Shown here: one piece after another, positions 28,226 to 36,992 of the stretch
How positions within the stretch are numbered: position 1 is the first letter of the stretch
Layout of the letters: each line of letters starts with the position of its first letter
Source: Geobacteraceae bacterium
Lineage (GTDB): Bacteria; Desulfobacterota; Desulfuromonadia; Geobacterales; Geobacteraceae
Length of the DNA stretch: 36,992 nucleotides
Direction: 5' to 3'
Assembly: GCA_012797715.1 (NCBI GenBank)
Contig: JAAZOO010000210.1
Location: forward strand, 1 to 36,992
Made by a program: the position numbers and the translations under genes
Notes under the pieces: model-generated
The model's database searches: none
What the model saw: only the letters and a program-made list of their open reading frames with translations
What the model was told of the DNA's origin: nothing

Positions 28226-29080
28226 GTGCGCGGCAGGTTCAGTGGCGGATATCCGATGCCTTACTACGAAACAATAGATGCGGGTTCCATTCACTATGTC
28301 GACGAGGGAGCAGGGCCACCCCTGGTATTCATCCACGGCTGGTCTTATTCTCGAACGGTATGGTCGCTCCAACGGGAGTTCTTTTCCCGCCGCTTCCGCT
28401 GCATCCTCCCAGATTTGCGTGGTCATGGGGATTCGTCCTCCCCTTCTTCGGGGTATGAAGTCGATGAAATGGGATCGGATCTCCTGGCCCTGTTCCAGGG
28501 CCTAGATCTTTCAGGTGCGACCCTGGTGGGGTGGTCCCTGGGTGTCCTGGTGGCTCTTTCTGCATATGTGGCACTGAGAAAAAGGCTGTCGGCGATCGTT
28601 CTCGTTTCCGGAATCCCGAAATTTATTGCTTCTGATGAATATCCCTTCGGCCTTCCCGAAAAGGAAATACGGGGCATGGCACTCCGTCTGAAGAGAAACC
28701 CGGTCCGGGCCTACGAAGAGTTTAACCGGATGATGTTCAGCCGGAACGAATTGGATTGTGGGAAATATGAGGAGATGGAAAGCGAGATCCTGGGTTCGAT
28801 TCAACGCCCTGCCACAGACGTGGCGCTCCGCACTCTGGAGGCGCTTGCCCGTGCCGATATGCGGACGGTTCTCTCGTCAATCCGCATTCCGGCACTTCTT
28901 GTTCACGGAGAAAGGGACACCATATGTCTTCCCGAAGCGTCGAAGTATATGGCTTCCTTGATACCCGGATCCTCTCTCTGCCTCATGCAGGATACCGGAC
29001 ATGCTCCGTTTCTATCGAGAAAGGAAGCATTCAATACCGTGTTGACGGTTTTTCTGGAAACGGTCTATGGACATAATTAG
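28226..29080 (+). CDS. bioH: Alpha/beta hydrolase, BioH-like pimeloyl-ACP methyl ester esterase
   Basis: FIHGW, nucleophile elbow GWSLG and C-terminal DTGHAPF. It sits between bioF and bioC. The start is GTG 28226 or ATG 28256. Confidence 0.7.
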   Translation: MRGRFSGGYPMPYYETIDAGSIHYVDEGAGPPLVFIHGWSYSRTVWSLQREFFSRRFRCILPDLRGHGDSSSPSSGYEVDEMGSDLLALFQGLDLSGATLVGWSLGVLVALSAYVALRKRLSAIVLVSGIPKFIASDEYPFGLPEKEIRGMALRLKRNPVRAYEEFNRMMFSRNELDCGKYEEMESEILGSIQRPATDVALRTLEALARADMRTVLSSIRIPALLVHGERDTICLPEASKYMASLIPGSSLCLMQDTGHAPFLSRKEAFNTVLTVFLETVYGHN

Positions 29081-29885
29081 CAGGGCAAAAGTGAGAAGAT
29101 CATTCGACCGTCAGGCGGTATTCTACGAGGAAACCGTAGTTGTCCAGAAACTGATCAGAGAAAATCTCCTCTTTCAACTGCAGGGAAAGGATCCTGGCAG
29201 CGCTCCCCGACGCATTCTCGATGTGGGAGCAGGAACGGGTATTTTGTTGAGAGAGATACGGAAACTCTATCCGGGCGCATTTCTGGCGGGACTCGACCTG
29301 GCCCCTGCCATGAGCAAAAAGGCACGGGAAGCTTTGGAAGGAGAGGGGGGGGCGCTCCTTGTGGAAGGGGACGCTGAATCACTTCCCTTTGCGGATGCCA
29401 CCTTTGATCTCGTTGTATCAACCTCGACATTCCAGTGGCTCAACACCCTTGAAAAGGCATTCTGCGAAGCGTTCAGGGTTCTCTCTCCGGGAGGGACCTT
29501 TCATTTTGCCCTTTTTGGAGGAAAGACTCTTTATGAACTGCTAACATCCTATAAACGTGCGCTCAAAAATCCCGTTTGTAAAGGGGTCGACCGGACCCAC
29601 CGATTTTTCTCTCTCCCCGATGTTAAGTCCGCCCTGAAGAGGGCAGGCTTTTCCGTATGCAGCGTAGAGAAAGGTGTTGAGGTAGAGTACCACCCGAATG
29701 TCAAGGCAATGCTTCGCTCCCTGCAACGGATTGGGGCAGGGAATGCTTCCAGGCTTACACCGGGGGGATTAGGGGGAAGACGGGTCATGTTGGAGATGAT
29801 GGAAATCTACCGTGCGGTTCACGGGTGTTCCCAGGGGATTCCGGCAACCTATGAGATTGTGTACGGAAAAGGCCGAAAACGGTAA
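29067..29885 (+). CDS. bioC: Malonyl-ACP O-methyltransferase
   Basis: 272 aa with RRSFDRQAVFYEE, SAM motif ILDVGAGTG and STFQWL. It overlaps the bioH-like gene by 14 nt. Confidence 0.8.
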   Translation: MDIISRAKVRRSFDRQAVFYEETVVVQKLIRENLLFQLQGKDPGSAPRRILDVGAGTGILLREIRKLYPGAFLAGLDLAPAMSKKAREALEGEGGALLVEGDAESLPFADATFDLVVSTSTFQWLNTLEKAFCEAFRVLSPGGTFHFALFGGKTLYELLTSYKRALKNPVCKGVDRTHRFFSLPDVKSALKRAGFSVCSVEKGVEVEYHPNVKAMLRSLQRIGAGNASRLTPGGLGGRRVMLEMMEIYRAVHGCSQGIPATYEIVYGKGRKR

Positions 29886-29902
29886 CCGAATAACGGAGAT
29901 TG

Positions 29903-29944
29903 GCGACAAAAAAGCCCTTCATTTTCGAAGGGCTTTTTTGTCGC
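29903..29944. terminator. Bidirectional intrinsic terminator between bioC and tRNA-Leu
   Basis: Perfect 18-bp stem GCGACAAAAAAGCCCTTC / GAAGGGCTTTTTTGTCGC with loop ATTTTC. The GC core is flanked by an A6 tract and a T6 tract. Confidence 0.8.
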
Positions 29945-29967
29945 TGCTGGCGCAGCAGATATTTTTT
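29944..29967 (+). terminator. Second small hairpin plus T-tract after bioC
   Basis: CTGCTG-GCG-CAGCAG followed by ATATTTTTT. The T-run abuts the tRNA 3' end. Confidence 0.35.
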
Positions 29968-30053
29968 GGTGCGATCAGGGAGAGTCGAACTCCCACGGGG
30001 AACCCCCCGCCAGCCCCTCAAGCTGGTGCGTCTACCAATTCCGCCATGATCGC
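29967..30053 (-). tRNA. leuU: tRNA-Leu (anticodon GAG), class II with long variable arm, CCA encoded
   Basis: The reverse complement GCGATCATGGCGGAATTGGTAGACGCACCAGCTTGAGGGGCTGGCGGGGGGTTCCCCGTGGGAGTTCGACTCTCCCTGATCGCACCA folds as a cloverleaf. The acceptor stem is 7 bp (GCGATCA/TGATCGC), the anticodon stem is CCAGC/GCTGG with loop TTGAGGG, the variable arm is GGGG/CCCC, and the T arm is GGGAG-TTCGACT-CTCCC. Confidence 0.95.
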
Positions 30054-30174
30054 ATTACATCCGCTTTCAATCAGCCGTCAAGATTTTTTTACGTCTTATA
30101 CATCCTGCTCTTTGGCAGGGAGTCATTTTCTACCAGTTTATCCCTGTGATGTCAACAGCAAAGTGACGTTGCAG

Positions 30175-30546
30175 CTATTTTTTCGGTGGCTGTTGCGGGG
30201 GCGCCGGAGGTGTTGCCGGTTTTCCCTGAGCAGGTGGGGATTGCTGTTGGGCACCCGACGGTTTTGGAGCCGTTTTCGCAGCCGGTTTGGTAGCCGGCAT
30301 GATCGATGAGCTGCCAGACTTGCCGGAAAGGTAGGCCAGTGAAAGTGAGGTAATCATGAAGATAACGGCCGCAGCTGCTGTGAGTTTGCCGAGAAAGCTG
30401 CCGCCGCCGCCCGCACCGAACAGGGACTGGCTGGCTCCTGTGCCGAATGTTGCGCCCAGGTCGGCCCCCTTACCGGCCTGGAGAAGGACGATTACAATAA
30501 GTGTGATGCTGACAAGGACGTGAATGGTGATTAGAAAACCAAACAT
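30175..30546 (-). CDS. secG: Preprotein translocase subunit SecG (with a Pro/Gln/Ala-rich C-terminal tail)
   Basis: MFGFLITIHVLVSITLIVIVLLQAGKGADLGATFG..., a second TM segment, then the tail PATKPAAKTAPKPSGAQQQSPPAQGKPATPPAPPQQPPKK. Confidence 0.85.
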   Translation of the reverse strand: MFGFLITIHVLVSITLIVIVLLQAGKGADLGATFGTGASQSLFGAGGGGSFLGKLTAAAAVIFMITSLSLAYLSGKSGSSSIMPATKPAAKTAPKPSGAQQQSPPAQGKPATPPAPPQQPPKK

Positions 30547-30617
30547 TGTGACTTCAACCTCGTAAATATGAATTAAAAAATGGACAATACCACAAACTCA
30601 GTCGCCAGTGAAAGCAT

Positions 30618-31373
30618 TTATTTGCTGTTCCGGATAATCGACGAAAAGGAGGTGGCCGAGAGACTCGCCCCGCCGACGAGAGCACCGTCGATATCTGGGC
30701 ATGACATCAGTCCCCTGATATTGTCTGGCTTCACGCTCCCGCCATACAGGATTCTGACGGTGTCCGAGTCGGTCGGGGAGTAAAGCCGGGACACGATGGT
30801 TCGAATGAAGGAGTGTACTTCCTGCGCCTGAACGTCTGTTGCGGTTTTTCCGGTTCCGATTGCCCATACCGGTTCATAGGCGATGACAATTTTGCGAATG
30901 TCCCGGGCGCAGATGTCCTGCAGACCACCCCGTACCTGGCGTTCAATTACCGACAGGGTCTCACCCGCTTCCCTTTCTTGGAGGGTTTCTCCGATGCAGA
31001 CTATGACCGAAAGCCCGGAAAGCAGGGCAGCCTTGGTTTTTCGGTTTACCGTTGCGTCGGTATCTCCGAAGTGCTGGCGCCTTTCGGAATGGCCGATAAT
31101 GACATGGGTACACCCGGCGTCCAGGAGCATCCCAGGTGAGACCTCGCCGGTAAACGCACCTTCTTCCTGCCAAAAGCAGTCCTGCCCTGCCACGGAGATG
31201 CGTGAGCCGGAAAGAGCTTCGCTTACCTTGCCGAGAACGGTAAATGAAGGCGCCACAATGATTTCCGTGTCTGTACAGTCTTCTGTTAATCGGACGATTT
31301 CACGCGCCAGCTCCAATGCCTCGACGGTCTTCTTGTGTAGCTTCCAGTTCCCCGCTATGATGGGTCTTCGCAT
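30618..31373 (-). CDS. tpiA: Triosephosphate isomerase
   Basis: 251 aa with IIAGNWKLHK, IIGHSERR, AYEPVWAIGTG and LYGGSV. Confidence 0.95.
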   Translation of the reverse strand: MRRPIIAGNWKLHKKTVEALELAREIVRLTEDCTDTEIIVAPSFTVLGKVSEALSGSRISVAGQDCFWQEEGAFTGEVSPGMLLDAGCTHVIIGHSERRQHFGDTDATVNRKTKAALLSGLSVIVCIGETLQEREAGETLSVIERQVRGGLQDICARDIRKIVIAYEPVWAIGTGKTATDVQAQEVHSFIRTIVSRLYSPTDSDTVRILYGGSVKPDNIRGLMSCPDIDGALVGGASLSATSFSSIIRNSK

Positions 31374-31403
31374 TCCCGTTCCCCGTGATGAAAAATGGTA
31401 TCT

Positions 31404-32603
31404 TCAGTCCTGCCCGTTTTCTTCCAGTACCCTGATTCCGGGAAGCTTCTTCCCTTCCAGGAGTTCCAGGAAAGCGCCGCCTCCGGTGGAAATATAGCTT
31501 ATCTTGGCAAACTCTCCGGCGCGATGCACCGCCACATCCGTATCGCCGCCGCCTACGATCGTCAACGCATAGGAGTTGGCTACTGCACTGACCATGGCAA
31601 AGGTTCCCCGTGAGAAAGCATCCATCTCAAATACTCCCATGGGTCCATTCCAGATAATGGTCTTTGCGTTCTGAAGCGCCTCTGAGAAGAGAGTCATGGT
31701 TGCTGGGCCGATGTCCAGGGCCATCCAGTCGCTGGGAATTTCTTGGATAGGGGTAATCTTGATTTCAGCAGCAGGATCGAAACGATCCGCGACGACGCAA
31801 TCGACGGGAAGGTAAAATTTGATTCCCCTTTCTCTGGCCTTATTGTAGCTTGCCAAAGCCGTTTCCAGCAGTTGCTCTTCCACGAGAGACTTTCCGATTC
31901 CGTACCCCAATGCCTTCAGGAAAGTGAATGCCATCCCTCCGCCGATGATTATCTTATCGACCTTGTTCAGCAGATTGTCGATTACCTCAATTTTGCCGGA
32001 GACTTTTGCGCCGCCCAGGATTGCAACCAGAGGATGAACGGGGTTCTTCATGGCGCGGTCGAAAAATCCCATTTCATTTTTCATGAGAAAGCCGGCCGCA
32101 ATTACGGGAACGAAACGGGTAATCGCTTCTACCGAAGCATGGGCCCTGTGGGAGACCGCAAATGCATCATTCACGTAGATGTCCGCCAGACGTGCAAGGG
32201 ACCGGGCATATTCGGCGTCGTTCTTCTCTTCTCCAGGATAGAAACGGAGATTTTCCAGCATCACGACATCACCCGGCTTCATGGCATCAACCAGCGATTC
32301 AACCGAGTCTCCTATGCAATCGGGGGCCAAGGTAACGTCCTTGTCAAGTAGCCTGGAAAGCCGTTTTGCGGCAGGAGCCATAGAGTACTTTGGATTTTTT
32401 TCACCTTTCGGTCTGCCCAGGTGGGAGGCAATGACCACTTTCGCCGAACAGTCCAAAGCGTAGTTAATAGTAGGAAGGACAGCCCTGATTCGGGTGTCGT
32501 CGGTTATATTTCCCTTTTCATCCAGGGGGACATTGAAATCCACCCGCAAAAACACTCTTTTTCCGGCAAGGCCTTTAATTTCGTCAAGATAGCGTATCGG
32601 CAT
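31404..32603 (-). CDS. pgk: Phosphoglycerate kinase
   Basis: 399 aa with [17 protein letters not shown] and STGGGAFLE. Confidence 0.95.
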   Translation of the reverse strand: MPIRYLDEIKGLAGKRVFLRVDFNVPLDEKGNITDDTRIRAVLPTINYALDCSAKVVIASHLGRPKGEKNPKYSMAPAAKRLSRLLDKDVTLAPDCIGDSVESLVDAMKPGDVVMLENLRFYPGEEKNDAEYARSLARLADIYVNDAFAVSHRAHASVEAITRFVPVIAAGFLMKNEMGFFDRAMKNPVHPLVAILGGAKVSGKIEVIDNLLNKVDKIIIGGGMAFTFLKALGYGIGKSLVEEQLLETALASYNKARERGIKFYLPVDCVVADRFDPAAEIKITPIQEIPSDWMALDIGPATMTLFSEALQNAKTIIWNGPMGVFEMDAFSRGTFAMVSAVANSYALTIVGGGDTDVAVHRAGEFAKISYISTGGGAFLELLEGKKLPGIRVLEENGQD

Positions 32604-32712
32604 ACATCTATGCTCCTCTGGGGAAGTAGTAGTGTGGATACATTCTATTGGAAGAGGGACTCCCTTCCGATGGCATCGATGGAAATCCGGGCAGGAACGT
32701 GCCGCTAGCGTC

Positions 32713-33711
32713 TTATTTCATTACCAGACGCATGAGATCGAGGAGCCTGCGGGAGAAGCCCGTTTCATTGTCATACCATGAAATGACCTTTGCCAGGTTT
32801 CCCTCAATGACCTTGGTGGATTGGGCATCGACGATGGATGAGTGGGTATTGCCGTTGAAGTCTAGGGAAACGAGGGGTTCGTCCGTAATGCCCAGGATAC
32901 CCTTCATGGAGCCGCGGGAGGCTTTCTTGAGGGCGGCGTTGACTTTGTCTGCGTCAGCTTTTTTGGAGAGAGAGACGACGAGATCCACTACAGAGACATT
33001 GGGCGTCGGAACGCGAATCGCCATTCCGTCAAGTTTTCCCTTCAACTCGGGAAGGACGAGGGAGATTGCCCGGGCCGCGCCGGTCGCGGTGGGAATCATG
33101 GAAAGCGCTGCCGCCCGGGCTCTCCTCAGATCCTTGTGGGGAAGATCGAGAATCCGCTGGTCATTGGTATAGGAGTGCACGGTCGTGACAAGTCCCTTTT
33201 CAATACCGAAATTTTCATGGAGCACCTTGACGACCGGAGCCAGACAGTTGGTGGTGCAAGAGGCATTGGAGATGATGAAGTGCCTTTCCGGGTCGTACAT
33301 GCTGTCATTGACACCCATGACAATCGTTATATCGGGATCCGTGGCAGGAGCTGAAATAATGACCTTTCCGGCTCCCGCTTTCAGGTGCAGCTCCGCCTGG
33401 TTCCTGGCCGTGAAATGTCCCGTCGATTCCAACACCACATCGATTGATTCGCTTTTCCAGGGAAGTTCGTCAGGATTCTTGACGGCAAACACCTTGATTG
33501 GCTCGCCGTTTACCACCATCTGGCCGTCGCCTGTCTCAACTTTTCCCGGGAATGTTCCGTGGACCGAATCATACTTGAAAAGGTGGGCAAGGATCTTCGG
33601 TTCGCTCAGATCGTTGATAGCAACGATCCGAATATTCTTTTCACGCTGGGCAAGCCTCAGCACCATCCGACCAATCCTGCCGAAACCGTTTATCGCAACA
33701 CGTAGTGGCAT
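32713..33711 (-). CDS. gap: Type I glyceraldehyde-3-phosphate dehydrogenase
   Basis: 332 aa with [21 protein letters not shown] and WYDNE. Confidence 0.95.
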   Translation of the reverse strand: MPLRVAINGFGRIGRMVLRLAQREKNIRIVAINDLSEPKILAHLFKYDSVHGTFPGKVETGDGQMVVNGEPIKVFAVKNPDELPWKSESIDVVLESTGHFTARNQAELHLKAGAGKVIISAPATDPDITIVMGVNDSMYDPERHFIISNASCTTNCLAPVVKVLHENFGIEKGLVTTVHSYTNDQRILDLPHKDLRRARAAALSMIPTATGAARAISLVLPELKGKLDGMAIRVPTPNVSVVDLVVSLSKKADADKVNAALKKASRGSMKGILGITDEPLVSLDFNGNTHSSIVDAQSTKVIEGNLAKVISWYDNETGFSRRLLDLMRLVMK

Positions 33712-34102
33712 GGGAGAGAACCTCCGGAAAAATTGAATGAATGCGGCCCAGTATGATTTTTAGAACCGGCCAAGGAATACTATACAACCTGCCGAACGGC
33801 CGTCAACCTTTTTGTACACCCTCTTCAGCGCGTAGTGCCGTGATTCATGGGGTTACGACGTGGCCTTTTCCAGTGAAAGCTGCCGAAACACGGTTCATGT
33901 GATAAGGGTTATTTCGTAAAAGCATCAAGTTTCGGCTTGAATCTTCACCGTGTTTTCTGTATAAACTGTCTGTTTGATTGATCGTCGTAAATGCAGCGAG
34001 AACAGGCGTTCCGATGGTCAGTAGAGCGATATATTTTCTGTACCGGAACAGGGAGGGCTCTCTCGTCCCGGCTTTTTATTGCCCGATTTTTCTGGAGGAA
34101 AT

Positions 34103-34873
34103 GTGCGGGTCTGTCTGCTTGCCAGCGGCAGCAAGGGAAACTCCCTGTATGTCGAAACGGGCCGGACAAAGCTTCTTGTGGACGCCGGTCTGTCTGCCCG
34201 GGAGATAACGGCACGGCTCGCGGTTCTGGGAGTGTCGGGTGCGGAGATTGATGCTATTATTATTACCCATGAGCACTGCGATCACGTTCGGGGTGCGGGC
34301 GCACTGGCAAGAAAGCATGATCTGCCGGTTTTCATCAGCCATCCTGCCTGTCGTGAAGCGGAGAATCTTTTTCGATCCGTGCGACGAGTTGAGTTCGAAT
34401 CTGGAAGCTCTTTTGAGTGGAAGGATGTTTTCATTGACCCGTTTCCCGTAACCCATGACACGGCAGACCCGGTCGGCATGGTGCTCGAGAGCCGTGAAGG
34501 AAGGATTGGAGTTGCAACCGACCTGGGCATCGTAACCCGTCTTGTCTGTGAGAAACTCAAGGGGTGCCGGGTGCTTGTGCTGGAGGCGAACCATGACGAG
34601 GAGCTGCTTTCAAACGGTCCCTATCCCTGGCATCTCAAGCAACGAGTGAAGTCGCGTCACGGTCATCTTTCCAACAGTGACTCCGCGGCACTTCTCGCGC
34701 AGGTGACACACGCGGGGCTCGAATGCCTATTCCTGGCTCATCTGTCCGAGGTGAACAATCATCCCGAACTGGCGCTCAAGGCGCTGCGCGAACCGCTTTC
34801 TGCTCAGACCATCTGCTGTCCACAGGTTATCATCGGCAGTCAGTATACCATCAGCGAAGAATTTTCCGGCTAG
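34103..34873 (+). CDS. MBL-fold metallo-hydrolase (YycJ/PhnP-like)
   Basis: GTG at 34103 has GGAGGA just upstream. The protein reads VRVCLLASGSKGNSLYVETG...LVDAG, with ITHEHCDH and a C-terminal SRHGHLSN. Confidence 0.8.
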   Translation: MRVCLLASGSKGNSLYVETGRTKLLVDAGLSAREITARLAVLGVSGAEIDAIIITHEHCDHVRGAGALARKHDLPVFISHPACREAENLFRSVRRVEFESGSSFEWKDVFIDPFPVTHDTADPVGMVLESREGRIGVATDLGIVTRLVCEKLKGCRVLVLEANHDEELLSNGPYPWHLKQRVKSRHGHLSNSDSAALLAQVTHAGLECLFLAHLSEVNNHPELALKALREPLSAQTICCPQVIIGSQYTISEEFSG

Positions 34874-35003
34874 GCAAGAATCCGTTTCCTTCCATCGTTT
34901 TGTTTCAGGGTCTGGAAAAGATTTATTTTTCAATCCTTTCACAATATGCCTCCGGAATATCTTTATTTTTAAAAAAAAGGTCAAAGAACGAGGAACATAT
35001 CCA

Positions 35004-36299
35004 ATGATAGAACGTTACAGTCGTCCGGAAATGACCGCAATCTGGGGCGCTGAAAACCGCTACCGGAAGTGGCTTGAGATTGAGATTTACGCCTGTGAGG
35101 CGCATGCCGAAATGGGCACCATCCCCCACGACGCTTTGCAACGCATTAAGGAGCGGGCCAATTTTGATGTCCGGCGCATCGATGAGATTGAAAAAGTGGT
35201 AAAACACGATGTGATTGCCTTTCTCACCTCGGTTGCCGATTATATTGGTGATGATTCGCGCTTTCTCCATGTTGGGATGACATCCTCGGATGTCCTTGAT
35301 ACGTCTTTTGCCATGCTCCTCAGGGAAAGCGGTCTTCTGATTCTCGACGGAATGAAAGGCCTGATGGCCGCACTGAAGAAGAGGGCGTACGAGCACAAGG
35401 ATACGGCAATGATCGGCCGTTCCCACGGAATCCATGCGGAACCCGTTACCTTCGGCATCAAGATGGCCCTCTGGTATGACGAGATGCGACGCAACCTGCG
35501 GCGCATGGAGTCGGCGATAGAGACGGTTTCGTACGGCAAGATTTCGGGGGCGGTGGGCACTTTTGCCAATATCGACCCCAGGGTGGAGGAGTATGTTTGC
35601 ACCCGTGCCGGCCTCAAGCCCGCCCCCTGTTCGACACAGATTATCCAGCGGGACCGTCATGCGGAGTTCTTTGCAACACTTGCGATTATCGCTTCCTCCA
35701 TTGAGAAATTCGCCGTGGAGATACGCCATCTGCAACGGACGGAGGTTCTGGAAGCGGAGGAGTTTTTCAGCAAGGGGCAAAAAGGTTCGTCCGCCATGCC
35801 CCACAAGCGGAACCCGGTCCTTTCCGAAAATCTTTCCGGCCTTGCCCGCCTCATCAGGGGATACGCAGTTTCTGCATTTGAGAACGTTCCCCTCTGGCAT
35901 GAAAGGGATATCTCCCATTCATCGGTCGAGAGGGTCATTGCTCCGGACGCAACCATTCTGATGGATTTCATGCTCCACCGCTGTACAGGACTCATCGAAA
36001 ATCTCGTTGTCTATCCCGAGAATATGATGAAAAACCTGAACCTGATGCGGGGATTGGTTTTTTCCCAGAGGGTTCTCCTGGAACTTGCCCGGAAAGGCGC
36101 GTCGCGGGAAAACGCCTATACCCTGGTGCAGAGAAACGCCATGAAGGTCTGGGAACAGGGAAAGGACTTCCGCGAAGAACTTCTTGCAGACCCGGAAGTA
36201 CGTTCATACCTTTCCGCCGGAGAAATCGACGGCGCGTTTGATCTCTCGTATCATTTCAAACATGTGGACACCATTTTTACACGGGTCTTCGGTGGATAG
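35004..36299 (+). CDS. purB: Adenylosuccinate lyase
   Basis: 431 aa, starting MIERYSRPEM, with GMTSSDVLDT and signature GSSAMPHKRNP. Confidence 0.95.
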   Translation: MIERYSRPEMTAIWGAENRYRKWLEIEIYACEAHAEMGTIPHDALQRIKERANFDVRRIDEIEKVVKHDVIAFLTSVADYIGDDSRFLHVGMTSSDVLDTSFAMLLRESGLLILDGMKGLMAALKKRAYEHKDTAMIGRSHGIHAEPVTFGIKMALWYDEMRRNLRRMESAIETVSYGKISGAVGTFANIDPRVEEYVCTRAGLKPAPCSTQIIQRDRHAEFFATLAIIASSIEKFAVEIRHLQRTEVLEAEEFFSKGQKGSSAMPHKRNPVLSENLSGLARLIRGYAVSAFENVPLWHERDISHSSVERVIAPDATILMDFMLHRCTGLIENLVVYPENMMKNLNLMRGLVFSQRVLLELARKGASRENAYTLVQRNAMKVWEQGKDFREELLADPEVRSYLSAGEIDGAFDLSYHFKHVDTIFTRVFGG

Positions 36300-36324
36300 G
36301 TTTCTGGAATCCTTTCATTTCCAG

Positions 36325-36992
36325 GTGGAGAGTGAAAAGATTCTCTCCCTGGGAGGGATAGCCTTCATTGCCGTCCTGATTGTCACCGCATTCTGGGCAC
36401 TCTCCCGTTTCGTCCGCTATCTATTGATTCATTGGGGTTCCCGAATCGTCAGGTTCAGCAAAACGGATCTGGACGACCGGATTCTTATCCGGGTTACTCC
36501 TCCCGTTGGGCTGCTCGTCCTGTTCGTAGGCGTGTATCTTGCTTCGAAAAGCCTGCCGCTTCCGGAAAAGATGCAGAGAATCACCACCGGAGCGGTATTT
36601 ATCACCAATGTGGTACTGTTTGCCAATATCGCATACAGGAGCGTGGATGAACTCCTTTCCTGGTATGCCCGCCGTGTGGAGGAAAGGACGGGCTCGGGAA
36701 TGGGAAACCAAGTCCTTCCCCTTGTCCGGAAGGTCTCCACGATTTTCCTCGTCTGCGCCGCGCTGATTGTCATTCTGAAACACTTTAACTATGACATCCT
36801 GTCCCTGGTAACCGCACTGGGTATCGGATCCCTTGCAATCGGGCTCGCTGCCAAGGATACCCTAGCGAACATGATTTCAGGATTCACCCTGATGATCGAC
36901 CGTCCCTTCCGCATTGGCGACAGGATTCAGCTTATGAGCGGCAAAAGCGGCGACGTGGTCGACATTGGCCTGAGGAGCACCCGGATACGGAC
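36325..36992 (+). CDS. Mechanosensitive ion channel (MscS family), 3' end outside the window
   Basis: Frame 1 is open from 36301 to the window end. It is absent from the ORF track because it has no stop in the window. TM segments are followed by LGIGSLAIGLAAKDTLANMISGFTLMIDRPFRIGDRI. The start is uncertain (GTG 36325 or GTG 36292). Confidence 0.8.
   Translation, partial: MESEKILSLGGIAFIAVLIVTAFWALSRFVRYLLIHWGSRIVRFSKTDLDDRILIRVTPPVGLLVLFVGVYLASKSLPLPEKMQRITTGAVFITNVVLFANIAYRSVDELLSWYARRVEERTGSGMGNQVLPLVRKVSTIFLVCAALIVILKHFNYDILSLVTALGIGSLAIGLAAKDTLANMISGFTLMIDRPFRIGDRIQLMSGKSGDVVDIGLRSTRIR

Noticed and set aside
1-36992. A search for CRISPR arrays, IS elements, integrases, prophage genes, toxin-antitoxin pairs or known defence systems.
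   Set aside because: No direct-repeat/spacer arrays were seen. No ORF has transposase, integrase, nuclease-helicase or similar motifs. Gene content is overwhelmingly housekeeping.

Overview
This 36,992-bp window is a chromosomal segment of roughly 50% GC by hand count. It is densely packed, with about 40 protein genes and one tRNA, almost all of them core metabolism or housekeeping. In order they are:
- a 5'-truncated FAD-dependent oxidoreductase, a YhaM-like HD/OB nuclease, an MBL hydrolase and coaBC
- a secreted zinc phospholipase-C-like protein, family-4 UDG, ptsP(EI-Ntr)-modE, a TPR protein and YtxH
- acpS-nnr-CBS-tsaE, lysC-cimA-comEA, a metallophosphoesterase with YjbQ, and a MacA / ABC ATPase / permease / TolC efflux operon
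- a membrane metallophosphoesterase, DUF3108, bioF-bioH-bioC, and gap-pgk-tpiA-secG-tRNA-Leu(GAG)
- a second MBL hydrolase, purB and a 3'-truncated MscS channel.

Protein sequences and gene order (lysC next to a Geobacter-type cimA) suggest an anaerobic Deltaproteobacteria/Desulfobacterota-like genome; that is inference only. I found no rRNA, CRISPR array, transposase, integrase or recognisable defence or secretion system, and no convincing new multi-gene system. The window looks mostly ordinary.

The points worth a second look are:
1. An in-frame TGA sits inside the conserved C-terminal motif of the first gene, and coding-like sequence continues downstream of it.
2. A low-GC, about 0.9-kb gap (17203-18096) holds an untracked 51-aa zinc-ribbon ORF followed by about 590 nt with no credible ORF and two long-range helices.
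3. An untracked 59-aa SAP-like, Cys-rich gene lies at 25706-25885.
4. A BirA-operator-like palindrome lies upstream of bioF.
5. lysC contains an internal SD+ATG consistent with a beta subunit.
6. The gap/MBL divergent intergenic region contains mutually exclusive helices.

All family assignments come from motif recognition by eye; no database search was possible.
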